Source: Phoronis australis | Lineage: Eukaryota; Animalia; Phoronida | Direction: 5' to 3' | Assembly (NCBI GenBank): GCA_002633005.1 | Contig: NMRA01000939.1 | Span: 27,356-91,355, forward strand | Length of the DNA: 64,000 nucleotides | In this document: in pieces, positions 1 to 13,500 of the stretch | Layout of the letters: the number at the start of each line of letters is the position of its first letter | How positions within the stretch are numbered: position 1 is the first letter of the stretch | Position numbers and translations under genes: made by a program | Notes under the pieces: generated by a model | What the model was told of the DNA's origin: nothing | Databases searched by the model: none | What the model saw: the letters and a program-made list of their open reading frames with translations, nothing else

Positions 1-420
1 CGGTAGGCATGTATTATTGGGGTGACGCTATCCTCCCATTTTTGGGCGGATTCGAGGTATTTTGCGCCTCCTAGTTGATATTTTTACTGTTTTCAAGTCT
101 GTTTTTTGGCGTCGACCCCAAACCATTCTAAGGAGGATTTTGAAAATTGACGTATATGTTCTCAGTGTGAAGAGGGCGATTACGCTGACAACTTCGGTTA
201 CTGTGGCACCTCCTAGTGGTGGTTTTGTTTTGTTTTGCGGCCATAGCTGTATCTCCTAAACCCAGGATCTTTATTAAATTTAGTTAGTGTATTTATATGA
301 AGCCTAACAAGAGATGACGACTTTGAGGTGACACTCTGCCCCCTAATAGCAATTTCATTTTTTCACCGTTTTTCTTTTTCTCTGAAGTCCCTTGACAGAT
401 TTTTATAAAATTTGGTGAAT
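1..420. mobile_element. Interspersed non-autonomous repeat fragment, same family as 6630-8007
   Basis: Shares motifs tgtatctcctaaaccc and cc(c/t)cctagtgg/ccccctaatagcaattt with 6630-6980. Confidence 0.45.
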
Positions 421-686
421 AGCTTTCCATTAAAGAAGCGATGGCATGTTCCGTTTTCTGATAGATTGAACATGTTGCACCATCTAGAGACCATTTTTAT
501 TATAGAAATGAACAACTTTAGAAGCACATTGTTTGCGATACATTTGTGGGCACATTTCAATGCTCCGCGTTTGATCTCTTTGTAATTCACTGACCTTAAC
601 AAGCTGTGTGTGAAATAAGCTATACCTACAGGACACACTGTAAAACAATGTGTTAAACTTGTCATAATACATGCTCCTTCTTTTAG

Positions 687-3600
687 GAGGACCATTACTA
701 CAGGAACAAGACCGAGGCTGGCATGGACCCTCGCTCACCGAAGGTCAAGGCCTTGATGAAGGAAGCTAAGATGATTGGAGAGAACCTGCCACTTCATCCT
801 GATGCTGCCATCTTTGTTGTTCAGGTACAAGAACACTGTGAGAAGTATGTTTGTTGCATGTTGCACTAATATCCATTTCACAACTGGCAACGGCGAATAA
901 TCCTTAAGTGCAGAGGTCTGAATTGTGTTTACTTTAGTCGGATTTTTTAATTTTTTAGTTTGGAGACTGCAAGTGGTAGCTCTGCAAGCGCTCCTTACTG
1001 CCTCTCAATTGACTGAGTTGTCTCGTGCTGATAATAGACAAATGCCCCTAAAGAATGCAGAGCACAATGAATAGAGGGACGCCTTATTTCACGTGACTCC
1101 TTTTTCGTTGTGCTGTGTCCCTTGTTTTTGATGTGCTGTTTTCATGTTTTAGCACTGACGTGTCATCGTCATTGTAAATATTACATTAATAAATAATAAT
1201 AAATAAATACCCTGACAGGGTGTTTATGACTTGACCACTTGGGTGCAGTATTATTAGTTAAGATTTTCAATAAAAATATTATGCCTCAGTTATATTTCCA
1301 TGTGAGCTAGTTTACAGCGAAGTTAAACCTATTAGCATTTCATAATCACAGATGGTTATTTTTCGTGTGTTTTTTTTGCTTCACGCTGTTGAATTGGGGG
1401 TCATTTCAAACACGAAACGTACAGTCCCAGAGTTAGAGATATTTTAATTCAGAAATGTACGATGCCAGAACTAGAGTTACCTCAAAAAAGAAATGACTTG
1501 TGCAGTCTCACAGTCAAGGTCATCGCAAATACAATCATATGACAATAGAGTTTGGAAGTAAATGTGACTTTAAACATCCATGTAAAATCATTTATGTGTC
1601 ATTCTGGCCAGGATGAAGATCACATGGACCTTGTACGAGCTGTCATTACCGGACCAACAGATACCCCCTACAGTCTGGGCTGTTTTGCGTTTGACATCTA
1701 CTTCCCCGACCAATACCCCAACGTTCCTCCTTTGGTACAGTTTATCACCACAGGGGGAAAACTTGTCAGGTGAGTCCTCCTGTGTACTTGTGAGTTAGAT
1801 TATCATGCAAAAGTCGAAGTTTTTATTCAGAAGTAAACGAGAATTGTATTAGGCAGATCTAGCAAGTTTGGTGATGCCTCTCCTCGCCTTACAAACCCTA
1901 AGAAGACGGCATACCATTTTATGGGGCTACAGCAAACATATTTTATCTTGAGCAAACTGAGCTACTCTTGTGCTGTTATTCTATTAGTGTAAGTTGTTGA
2001 TGTCCTGCAATCTACTGTTTTTATTTGACTTGTGTAGGTTCAATCCTAACTTGTATGCTGATGGCAAAGTGTGTCTGAGCCTTCTTGGAACATGGCATGG
2101 CTCGAGTGCTGCTGAGAAATGGAATGCGAAGACATCCACACTTTATCAGGTCATTCTTCACGCTAATAATTACATAATTACATCCTGAACTGAACTTATT
2201 TCACAGTAACACTTTAAACAAAATTACTGTCATTTTTCGTTGTATTAAGGTAAAATTAGTCCTCATTTCGTTTCCATCCAATCTCCAATAACAATAATAG
2301 TTTATCATCCAGTGAGTTATGAGATGACGACATTGACTGTTTGCTAGCTGTTACCTGTACACGATGGGTTAATTAAATGAAGATTTGCTGACGATTAAGT
2401 TTGATTTTTTTATAAAAACAAAACCCTGAATAATTGCTGAGCAAAATTTCAGCACTACCAGTTTTTGGTGTGAAACTTAATCAAATATTCAATGAGCTGG
2501 TGTTGAAATATTTCTTTAAGCAACATGTGACTTTACCAGACAAAGGGGGTTCTAAGCGTGTGATAACAGCCAACTTCTTTGTTAACTGCCAAGCAAAGTC
2601 TTTTGCCTGTTATGACAACAGGCAGGCCAATTATCTACCAGGCTTATTACAGACCACGTGTGAACACCGTCAAACCCAGAGCGAATTGGTACATTCAGAA
2701 AGAATAGATTATCATAACTTCGGTTGAAGTTGGGTGATTTTGGCGATTCAAAAACTAATCACGATCACCATTAGACAAGGATTTCAAAAATGCTAATGGT
2801 TTATGTTCAAATATGTTATAACTTAACTTTTGATTGAACAGCACAACCCAGTCAGGCTAGATACAATCTTACTGGAGATAAAAGCAATTATCGAACAAAA
2901 GAGAGCTGGCCCCCCAACCATAAATGCCAGACTGGAGTTAATCAGTCGTGTAAGATATTGGCTACAGGCGTAAACTTTCCAACTTGTTGTTGGGAGCAAC
3001 GGGAAAACGCCATAATGAGTTTTGTTGTCCATGCATTATATAATATTTTTGTCCATATAATATACAATATTGTTATCATCCACAATGTTCAATGTTTTGA
3101 GTGATTAAAAGAAGGGCTTAAGCTATAATTATAGGTAAAAATTATTAGTCTCCTTACACCATATGTTGGTCACATCATATGCCATATACTTAAATAAGAA
3201 AAAAGGTTCTGTATCCTGACCATGGGTTTAGTTATGGACTTATGGATTCATAATTGTTTTGTTGCACGAGCTGTAGAGTCCATCCGAGGAATGGTATATG
3301 TATCAGACCCCATGTTCAGTGGTACATAGATTAATCGTTTGATTAACTTGTTTATTTAACACTGTCTCACCCTAAGACAGTGTTAGGGCAGATAAACATG
3401 CAAACTAAATTAAGTGTGACAAATAAGACTAAGTTATCAAAAGAAAACATAACTTTTGGCTGAAAAGGGACAGTCGATGTACAGATGCCATGCAAAAGAG
3501 GCTACTTAATATTTACATGGGGTTGAGTGTTTGAACTGTTTCATTATGCAGGTGTTAGTGTCCATACAAGGAATGATACTGATATCAGAGCCCATGTTCA

Positions 3601-5120
3601 ATGAACCAGGATATGAAGGTCGAAAGGACATGGCTGATGCTAAGGTATGCTCTTTGCTTTGTCGTTCACATCTGAGTGTCAGACATCACTGTCATATTGT
3701 TATGGCGCCTGTTTATGCGATACGGCATCTGGTGCATTTTGAAATGATATTTTAGTGTGAATCTTTTCAGAAATCATTTTCGAAGCAGAAAATATGGTGT
3801 CTGCTGTTACTTGTTCAAGTTTGATGTGTTCGTGTTTGACTGACAAACTTGCTGACACTGACCAATTGGTATTGTATGGTGTAGTAATTTTGATGGTTGA
3901 TTTATTATTTTTAGAACTTATCATGTTACTTTCAAGTTGAAAGTGTGATTCAATATTTTTCATTGTCAGCAATAAAAACAATTACAGGTGTACCTGATGT
4001 GTTCAGGCCGCTTGGGTAGACCCAGTGCACTGATCTCCTGGAACCATATTTAAGCTTTATTAATATACAGAATAAATCGAGCTGAGGAGCCAAAGACCTG
4101 TCTAGCTGTGTGCTCCAGTAGGACTTGAACCCACGACATTGAGTAAAGGAAGCAGACACCTATTTCACCCACTATACCACACTGCCTCCTCTATTTTTCT
4201 TTAGCATAACTCCTTGTACAACAGACTATTGCTATAATCATTACATACTATCCTTAGACTAAGTGAAACTTCCACTCATATTGTTATAATCACTAAGTGC
4301 TGTCCTGTCATTGTCGCATAGGAAGAGAGCGAGAAATACAACTACCCCCTGTGGTTGCACAATGTTCGTCATGCCATGCTGGGCCAACTGAAGAATCCGC
4401 CAACAGGTAGATGCCAGTCAGTTCTTGTTTTCTAGAAATGCCCTTTGTACACTTTAGAACCATTACAGTTTTTGAATTGGTCTTCACAATAAATGTTTTG
4501 TCAATGAAAAGTGTTGGTAAGATTTGTTGTGTAGGATGGTATGGACTTGTCATGGTATTAAGCCACATATCTATAAAATTGTAGACTTTAGGTTTTTTGT
4601 CTGAAAATAGAAAGCCTGTAGAATTTGATTTGCGACTTGATACCAATCTGCTATTAATTGGATCAGATGGCCATGTTTTTTAAGTAAAATTTAGGAAAAA
4701 ATAAAGTTTCTGTGTCCCAATGTCTAAAGAGTTTTCCAAATTGGAGAAATTTTACCATATCCAAGAAGGTTAGTGATGAAACGATATCATTTACGGTAAC
4801 GATGTGCATTTCAGTTTATAAAACGGAATTGTAAATGAAAGCCAATCTGAATGATTAGGTCAAAGGTTGAGTAAGAGAAACAGCAATATTGTGCAGTTAA
4901 ATAAGAGGAGTAACAGCGTAATAATCTGTTTTTTTGTTTCTTAGGTTGCCATGACATCATTAGACGACATTTTCGCATCCAACGGAATGCTGTGTTGAAA
5001 CAGTGTTCTGATTGGTTGGCAAGGTGCCAAGACACGGACATAAGAAGGAGGCTACTTCATGAAGTTAAAGAGTTGAGAAGCATCCTGCTCTCCTTAGAGG
5101 AGACTGCATGCTGTGAATAA
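687..5120 (+). CDS. BIRC6/UBE2Z-like ubiquitin-conjugating (E2, UBC domain) protein, 3' portion; 5' end lies upstream of the window
   Basis: In-frame GT-AG exons 687-824, 1612-1769, 2038-2149, 3552-3644, 4322-4406, 4945-5120 (TAA). Peptide includes [29 protein letters not shown] and [20 protein letters not shown] (catalytic Cys), then [22 protein letters not shown], typical of the BIRC6/UBE2Z/UBE2O E2 clade. Confidence 0.88.
4075..4192 (-). mobile_element. tRNA-derived SINE
   Basis: Minus strand gaggaggcagtgtggtatagtgg...gtcgtgggttcaagtcc (Pol III A and B boxes); same 5' head as 54928-55012. Confidence 0.7.
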
Positions 5121-5285
5121 GACATGGCATACCAGTCTTATCTTGCACGGTGTTTGTTACAAATATTTTGTAGCTGGATGAGGGTCTTTAAGTTAGGCAC
5201 ATCATCTCGTTTCCCAACCGGCAACTATGAATGTTTTTTTAGATTGCTCAGTTCTTGTAACACATCCAAGAGTTTACCTTAACAA

Positions 5286-5510
5286 TTGGCAGAGGTTTCT
5301 GAAGACCTTGGTGTTGACTCCGCCTAATTCTTCTTTGGTGTAGGTGGCGCTGTATTAAGTACTTTATAATAAAAATGAATGTATGATGAACGGGGATGAA
5401 GGTTACAAGCTCTCCCAGGTTTATGACTAAGTACATCGTACAGCACCACCGACTAGACTGAGGAAGAAGACAGAGTCAACACCATGGCCTTCGAAAACTT
5501 CTGCCAACTT
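5286..5510. repeat. Imperfect inverted repeat (hairpin) in the E2 gene 3' UTR, possible Penelope-like pLTR pair
   Basis: ttggcagaggtttctgaagaccttggtgttgactc...ggtggcgctgta pairs with tacagcaccacc...gagtcaacaccatggccttcgaaaacttctgccaa. Confidence 0.65.
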
Positions 5511-6629
5511 TTATTTTTTTTCATTTTTTGAATGGCAGAAATCGGTTAACTTGGAAAGAAAACTAACCCACATTGCTGTTACTTTGTTTATATTCCCTAC
5601 CTGCATTGTGTAATCTTTCTGAGCAACACAATGGGACAACTGGACTTGTGAACACTACTCAATAGGGCACTTAGCCCAGTGATCTTATTGCCCCCAAAGA
5701 ATGCAGTGAAGTTTGAATGGGTTGGCATCCGAGTTACGTACTTTCCGACTACAAAATAGCCTTTTTTTGTCTATCGAGTAATTAAATTATTATCAGAGAA
5801 AGGTGCTGGGGGCTTTTTGATGTCCTAAGTTACTGAAATTCTAAATATTAAGGGCATGAACCCGGCACTTTAGAATTAAAGTTTTATCTGCAATTTGCTG
5901 CCATTGAAGTGCCATATGCTTTATAACTTAGTCTTAAAGTTTTGGATGACATAAGTCAAATATTAAGTAACAGGGCGTTTTAAAAAAGACCACATTTGTA
6001 AACAATTTCACGTCAGTTTGGCAACATACAGAATCACCCAAGAGGGTGGTTTCTTGAACTATCAACTTTTACAAGACATTTTATACATTAATGCTCCTGC
6101 GCTGATGTTTGGACAATGTCCACAGTATTTGTGAACTTGTTAAAGAAATGTAATACTTTTTATGATCACATCAAAAGGATACCAAACCCGGTTTTTGCCG
6201 ACTCTCGCACCTGAAACAAAATAAGGCTCTGTAATCCTTGACAACTAGATCTTCCACTGGAAGGAGATGTTTCGAAATAACTTAATGAGTGAAGCTGCAT
6301 TAATACAAAACGGTGATTTTTACTTGGTTTCAATTTAATATGAGCTTCTTACATGGGCATAATGTTTTCTTGTCAAAAAATGCATAGGGGCCTACTTGGG
6401 ATTATTGTTGAGTGGGATAGAGGTGGAGGTTGTGTGAGCTTTGACCAGATGTACACTAAACAATAGAATCTGCTTGTTTTTTGTGAATCTAAGTTGTCGG
6501 CTAGACATTCGCTGAAATTGGGACGTGTGACTTAAGCAATTAAATTCGCCTAATTAATCTGTAAGGAATGTGAAATTGTCTCTATAAATATTGCTTATTA
6601 TAAGTCCACATTTTTAAGTGTGGGTTCGT

Positions 6630-8007
6630 ATTGCCGTCATCTCTGCCAGTCTGGGCCTCTGGTGTCTGTTGTTGTATCTCCTAAACCCCTTGCAGGATCT
6701 TGTTGAGATTTAGCAGAATTGTGTTTCTGTGAAGCTGACGATGGATGACGACAAAGTTCGGACGATCTGGTTACCAGTGTGCCCCCTAGTGGCAATTTTA
6801 GTTTTTTATTTTTGCCTTCGTATGTGGATGGATTTTCATGAAATTTGGCAAGTAGGCGACACCTTTTCATTTTTGGACGGCTTGCACGATTCTGTGCCAT
6901 TCAGCTTCGGGAGACGACGACACCTTCCAATTTTTGGACGCATTTGACGTATTCTGCGCCTTCTAGTGGACATTTTCTGGAGGTATTGATGAACACCCTA
7001 GAAGCACTCCGTTTGCGTTGCAGTCGTGGTCCCATTTCAACTCTCCGCGCGTTGCTGTTGTCTTCAAGTGGGGTATGAGTAAATCTAAAAAAGACTAAGA
7101 TTGTTGTTTTTAGATATGGTGGACCGCTCTTGAGAGCTTATGAGAAGTGGCAGAGTGGTTACCGAGTAGGTCGTCTCCATAGAACTTCCTGGCGGCCTGC
7201 CAGTTGCCCAACGTAATCTGCTTGCTCTGCGTGCTGTCCGTTGTCAAGCTCTATAGACGCATCACAAATGATCACTGAATTGTCGAAAACTTGTTTGGTG
7301 GTCTCCTCGTCTTTAATCCCATGTCAAATAAAAAATGTGACGTTGATTTTTACCACTTATGTATGCACGTTTCGGTCCATGAGGCTTATAGCTGCGCCTT
7401 TATCCGTAATTGGGCGCCTGTGCCTATGTGCAAAGCACTCGACTCTTAAACCCAAGATCAAGTGAGTGAAACTTGAACTATACGCTACGTGGAGGCTGGC
7501 GTGTATTCAATTTGATACTAACAATTTAGCCGAAGAATACCAAAAAATGGCCAAACAAAAACACTCGGACATGCGTTGCACAAGGAATAACCGCGCCCGA
7601 CCTTTTCCTTACTGCGCATACATCTATATGTGAAGCGCAAAGTTGAGCAACAATTTTGAAAAATGCATTATTTCGAGTATAGGCGCATAGATCTGAAGGG
7701 GTGCTGGCCGATGAAATATCTACCCGCATTTCCTCGCCACACTTAGCCTTTAGAGGAATCTTTAGGGGATGTTGCTGGTGGAATTGGTGATACCAGAAAA
7801 AATGTACCGGTATCGTCACTTAGTTATATCTGCTGGACATTTACACACTAAGAGGGACTAGTCCCGGCCCGCACCAAAGGCAACTAACGAATGTGTTGCT
7901 CATTACGAAATCTCTTTGCAGAAAAAACTGAAAGAAATACATTGGATGTTTTAAGTATTTTTTGTGTAAGGAGAGTCGGTGGAGCGACCAGCACCGGTCT
8001 ACTTAGT
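6630..8007. mobile_element. Non-autonomous interspersed element with internal sub-repeats (Helentron/DINE-like appearance)
   Basis: Motifs shared with 1-420; ends gcgaccagcaccggtctacttagt; no credible ORF. Confidence 0.35.
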
Positions 8008-10542
8008 ATCTAAAATGTCGACTGTTCGTAGCCGATAAAAATATTTGCAGCGTTGTGTACTTTTTTACTCGTTCGAATCGCATACGAGAGAACCCTGGTG
8101 ACAACTTATAGGGAGTGAAACAAGAGAGAAGAAGAAGTAAATATACCGAGTTTTATTATGCGATAAATATGAAATACAAATCTACAAACTTACAACTCAT
8201 CGCTAACTTCTGTCGACATCGCACTAGGTTTGACTTGTAACACAAAAAATTAATAAACAAGAAGATTTCGCCGAAAAACGTTAAAGTCCAAATTTAAAGG
8301 CCCAAACAGTTAGTTTGCTTGGTTGGGATTCCTTGCGGATAGAGTCGAGACCCGGCAGAGTCCGAAGTTTTAGCGTGAGGGGCCCATGTTTATAGGCGTA
8401 TTCGCACCGCGAATGTTCCAAGTTATGCCAAAATAGGGGTCTCAACTTAAACGTAAAACCAATCAAAATGCAACTAACACATTTCGTTATTGGAAGTACC
8501 AATAAGGAATTGACCATCTTACACCCCTTTAAAACATAATAACCCACTCTAGCTTCTAGAACTTTACTGACGACTCGCCGCTACTCAGGACTCCATCAAT
8601 AGACGGCGCTCCCGTCACACTTGTAATATTTCCTGTAACTATAGTAACAGGCAATTTGTCACTCCAGTGAGAAGGATTTACTAAATTAACTTTTTTTGCT
8701 GAAGGCCAATCGACCAACCCAGTCAAACTAGGCTCTTGTACGCCGCGTTTCGTTTTTCAGATGTTTGATTTATTTACTTTTTGTCATTGATGAAACGATT
8801 TTTTGAAATACTGCGTTCTTTTTACAATTGTGAAAGAAAATTTATTTTATGATACAGATAGACACTGACACGACTCACTGAAGACATGCGAGGAGGGCGT
8901 TTCATGAGGCAGACCCATGGTTCTTTTCACTGAGCCACTCTATAGAGTGTGGTTGTGCATAGCGCATTCACACGCACATTAGATGTGGTCTCTCTTGATG
9001 TTTTCGTTGTTGGACAGCGGGTTACACGCGCATAATAAAACCGTAATAGTGGTTCATTAAACTTTATTTATGATAGTACGATTTAGGAATACGAGAAATA
9101 CGGTTAAACCTGAATGACAATATAATATCTAATACAAACTGATTCATGAATACATCATACTAAAAATATAGAAAAATGCATCTCTGACAGCATTATATTC
9201 AACTCACAACCAAGCAAAAATTAACAGACATTTACAGCTGAGGAACAGTTGTTATTAACAAATCAAATAGTCAAAGAACTGAGGAATAGTTATTTTTAAA
9301 GACAAAGTTAATAATCAAAACATCAAGAAACAAAGTTGTTATAGTTTCTATGTTGCGTACTTGGTGCTATAGTAGTTATTTTACTGCCCCAAGAAGTTAT
9401 TTTATATACTCCAAAGTAGACTAACTTTAACTTACTTATCTTCATGCCTACAATTTTACAGTTCACTTGGGGATTTGCTCAATTTCGCCGGATTTGTGAC
9501 TATTCTAGTTTTAATTTATAAAAGTCACATTCCTTGCCCTATTTTCAAAATTCAAACACATAACCACGTGTATTTTTCATGAACTATTCAAATATGCTAT
9601 TTCAAAAAGTCGAAATGAAACTTTAAAAAATTCTACTGTTGCCCACACTGTTTCAGTAAAATCATATCATTAAGTCACAAAGGGCCGTATCATCGCGCCT
9701 CAAGTTAATGTCCAGCCTAAGAGAACGATAACAGCAGCTGAAGTTGAATAGTTTCTTTGAAGAAAGCGGCGGATTTTAAGGTTAGTGAACCAGTGAGGTT
9801 GTCTGCGTTCAGTTGGATTCGGCTTTTCATGTTTACACTCAGTAACTCGGCCCGGCATTTGGCCGACGGACTCGTCGTCGTCGTTGCAAATAATGAATCA
9901 TGATATAAAAACCTACAGCTAGTGATCGGTATCACTGACGTGCGTTGTATAATTACATATTAGTTTGTACACAACCACTTTACAAAAAAGCAATTATTAA
10001 ATCACTGAAGGAAAATTAAATTGCCGCCGAACGGGCCTTGAGTGAAAGCGGAAATAACGTACCGGTAGCTCATGATTGCTTTAGCCACGTGCGCTTAAGA
10101 TGCTTTGAAACTGTACTTTAACTTCAGACATTGATATCCGCCATCAAAGTTTCATGATGATAGCGGTCTAGGATATTGCAAAAGGGGGCAACCACAACTT
10201 GACTCAGTGCCAACGCCTTGTCCACCTCCCCCCTGCCGCGGCCCTCCTCCAAATCCCCACTGACTTACAGTCATGGGTGAAGATGTAAGACACTCGCAGC
10301 TAAGGCAAGACCACATAACATACCGCGAAGCATTACAAGGTACGCACGTGATCACACTTAGGTGTGACTGTTACGCTCCCAAAGCACTGACAGCCTAGTC
10401 AATGTTAGTGTTTAGGGTAGACCAAAGGAGTCTCTCGCTTCAAACTAGTAACGAGGCTGACTTCCGTTTCTAAACTCAGTCGGCATGTAGATTTCTGGTC
10501 TTCATTGATTACTTGTGAAAAAAGTCTCAGGTGCATCTAATC

Positions 10543-13500
10543 ATGGGTATTTTAGAGAAAATAGCCGAGATTGAAGCCGAGGTAATACTTGTTCTAGCGA
10601 AAGTTTTGGTGTTTTATTGTCAAGTTAGCATTCTATAGCGACAACTGTTCGTCAGCAAGTCACTCCGACTCAGTCAATCAGACAGACAGCCAGGTGGCTT
10701 TAGCCTTTAGACTGTCGTCAAATACAGCTAGGAACCACTGTGTTTTATGCTCCAGTAGACTTCGAAATTTCACACTGCCTGGGTAGTTCTGCTCGTCACT
10801 TTGTCATGAAACTTATTTGAAGATGTATGGTAAAGCTAACGACCGGCGGAGTGTTTGCAAAGTCTGGGAGTCAACCAACACTCACCTTGCTCGCTCCAGC
10901 TTGGAAGAGGATAGCAGCTTCACAGTAGCCAACGGTCCTGAAATTTGGTTTGCTGCTATTAAAACACTGAATAGTCCAGATCTGTAACGTGGTGATAACG
11001 AGTCAGTCAATGAAACGCAAATACTGGTACAATCAACAGTGTACCTTTCAAGTAAAGTCCGAATTTTTGCCAATAATATTCTACATCGGCATTTTTACAA
11101 TTTGCTCTAAACTTAAAAATAGGTAGGTTTTTAAGTAGAAGAATGAATTCGTGACAATTCTGAAAATGGCATAGTTGCTAACGTATTCCTGTAGATATCT
11201 TTCTAAAAGTATCAGGGCTTGGAATTTTCCGCGGAAACGCGGATTTCCGCTTTTTTCAAATGTTCTGTCCGCGTATTTTATAATATTTCCGCGTAAAAAA
11301 AATCGGATTTGATATGAAAATTTCCGCGGCAAATTCCTTCTTACTGCGGCGTTGCAGACTACGTTCACCTCGAAAAGCGGAAGTTGCTCTTTATGTTTCG
11401 GAGGAACGTAAATTGTCAACATTGCCGGGGCATCTGGGATAGCGTGGTGGGATTTTCAATGGCGTCTCGTGTTATTGTAAACCGTGGCGACAAATACTAC
11501 GGCTCTGCAGCCAAAAATGTGTGGGTTGGGAGTGGACGGACGAGCTAAAAGGACGCAGACGCATGCTACTGATGGTGGTAACGTTTTTTTTTTTTAGTCC
11601 TCCCGATTTTTGTTCGGGGAAAGGTTCACATCGACCATTTCAAGGCTGCGTAGCGCGCATGATTTGGGCCGTAAAAGTTTCAAAGTTTCCGCGTTTTTTG
11701 TCATTGGTCATTCCAAGCCCTGAAGTATTGATTTCATCTAAGCATTATTCTCAAGTCCGAGCAAATGAAAAAACATGTGAATCGCTTTGTTAATCTACCT
11801 AATTAAATATCCAAGATGCTGGATAAATCCGTGGACTTGTATGTTGTGCTATTTCTGAAAGAATTTTGGCCGTGTAGTTTTAGATGTACCAACTTTTTGA
11901 CGTCGAACTCAGACAAAGTTTACGCAGATAATGACTGAAGGCTGTGCAAGATATGAGATTGAGTGAAAAAATTACATACTGTCAGCTGTCAAGACCATGT
12001 ATAATAAACAGTGTTTCCCCTGGGTTTTGCAAGGAGCATGGTGGTGAATGGCCAAAACGGGGTGCAAAGCCCGTTGCCGTACGCGAATATGGAAAATGGG
12101 ATCCCCTATTAGCTGGGTTTCGAAAGGAGCATGGCGGTGAATGCTCGACGCGGATGCGGAACCGGGCACCACATGGGATGAAGTGAGATCCTCCCATCGG
12201 GGGGGGGGGGGTTGGTTGGGAGACCCCTGGCAAAATTTGAAAATTAGATGTAATTGGGTGCAGTTTGCATCATAGACAACATAGACAAGACCTTAACACG
12301 AGCATCATGTAGGCCTAGTGGAAGTATCTGGGTAAAGAACACTTCGCAAGACAATTTGGCAATGAAATGTTCGGCATTGTGTGATCTCTGTCACACTTGA
12401 GCACAAAAAACGGTGTTAAAATTCAGTTATCCACGAAGTGACAAACATAGAACAAAAATATTTGAACTTTGTAGACGTAATAAACTAATTCGTGTAACGA
12501 AACTTCCATTGATACCGTCTTGCTAAACATAAATCAGTGATAGTGGATTGGCATTGGCTGGCATAGCAGACAATGTAATAATTCAGTCTATGCTGATGAA
12601 TCTGAGAGTGGTTAACAGTCAATATCATTTTGGCGCAGGGCTATGGTTGACTAAACAGTTGGATGTCATGCCCTGCAGTGTAATTCACAATGTCTTTTGT
12701 AAACTCGGACACGGTAAAATGAATGAAGCAGAAATCTTACTGTTTCTTACTTCATTAGTGAGCCCAGGTGCTTTCTCATTTTAGAAAATTTGGTCGAAGT
12801 CGTTGCCTGGTCCCCGCCTGTATTAAGTTTATATGCATTGTCGGATAATCAGGCAGAAACGAGGTACGAAAGGAGATTGGGGATTGAATGACTATTTAAC
12901 GGGGGCACAATATAAGATCCGCCCATTGTAAAATTATTATTTTTCCCTTTCGATCCACAAACAGTGAAAGGTGTGACTTGTACTTATTCATTGTTACTAA
13001 CGATCATTTTTACTAGCGATCATTTTTACTAGCGATCATTTTACTAGCGATCATTTTTACTAGTGATTTTTGTGTGGCGGTGAAGTTTCCCCGTCACGAT
13101 TAGGTGTGTGGCGGTCAATTTGAGTATGATGTACGAGTGGCGGGGCAAAAAAGGAGCGTGGCGGGCCGCCCAGAAGTTTACACACGGGAAACCCTGATAA
13201 AGATGCGATTCGCTTTACTAAATGCTTCTTGGAAGACAGGATTTTGCTGCTGAAAATTTTGTCTCTTTGTTAGAGTTTTTGAGCTAAGTTGACATTGGCA
13301 TCTGTAGTATGAACGTCACATTCTTTTTCGCATAAAAATGTTTCTGCATACTGTTTCAAACACGTGTGTATAGACTTTTTAAAGTCATTGAATAAACAAG
13401 TGGAGTGTTTTATCAATGACGCTTTTATTTCTACTTCTCTGTTATTACATGAGTGCATACGCACCATGCAGCGATACTGACGGACCACCAAGGCTCGCGG

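Noticed and set aside
4075-4192. Possible tRNA gene (also 54928-55012 and 44052-44240)
   Set aside because: A/B boxes present but no intact cloverleaf; dispersed diverged copies indicate SINEs.
11081-11422. 113-aa ORF with a homologue at 29537-30138
   Set aside because: Both lie in copies of the same MITE; frames are not conserved between copies.
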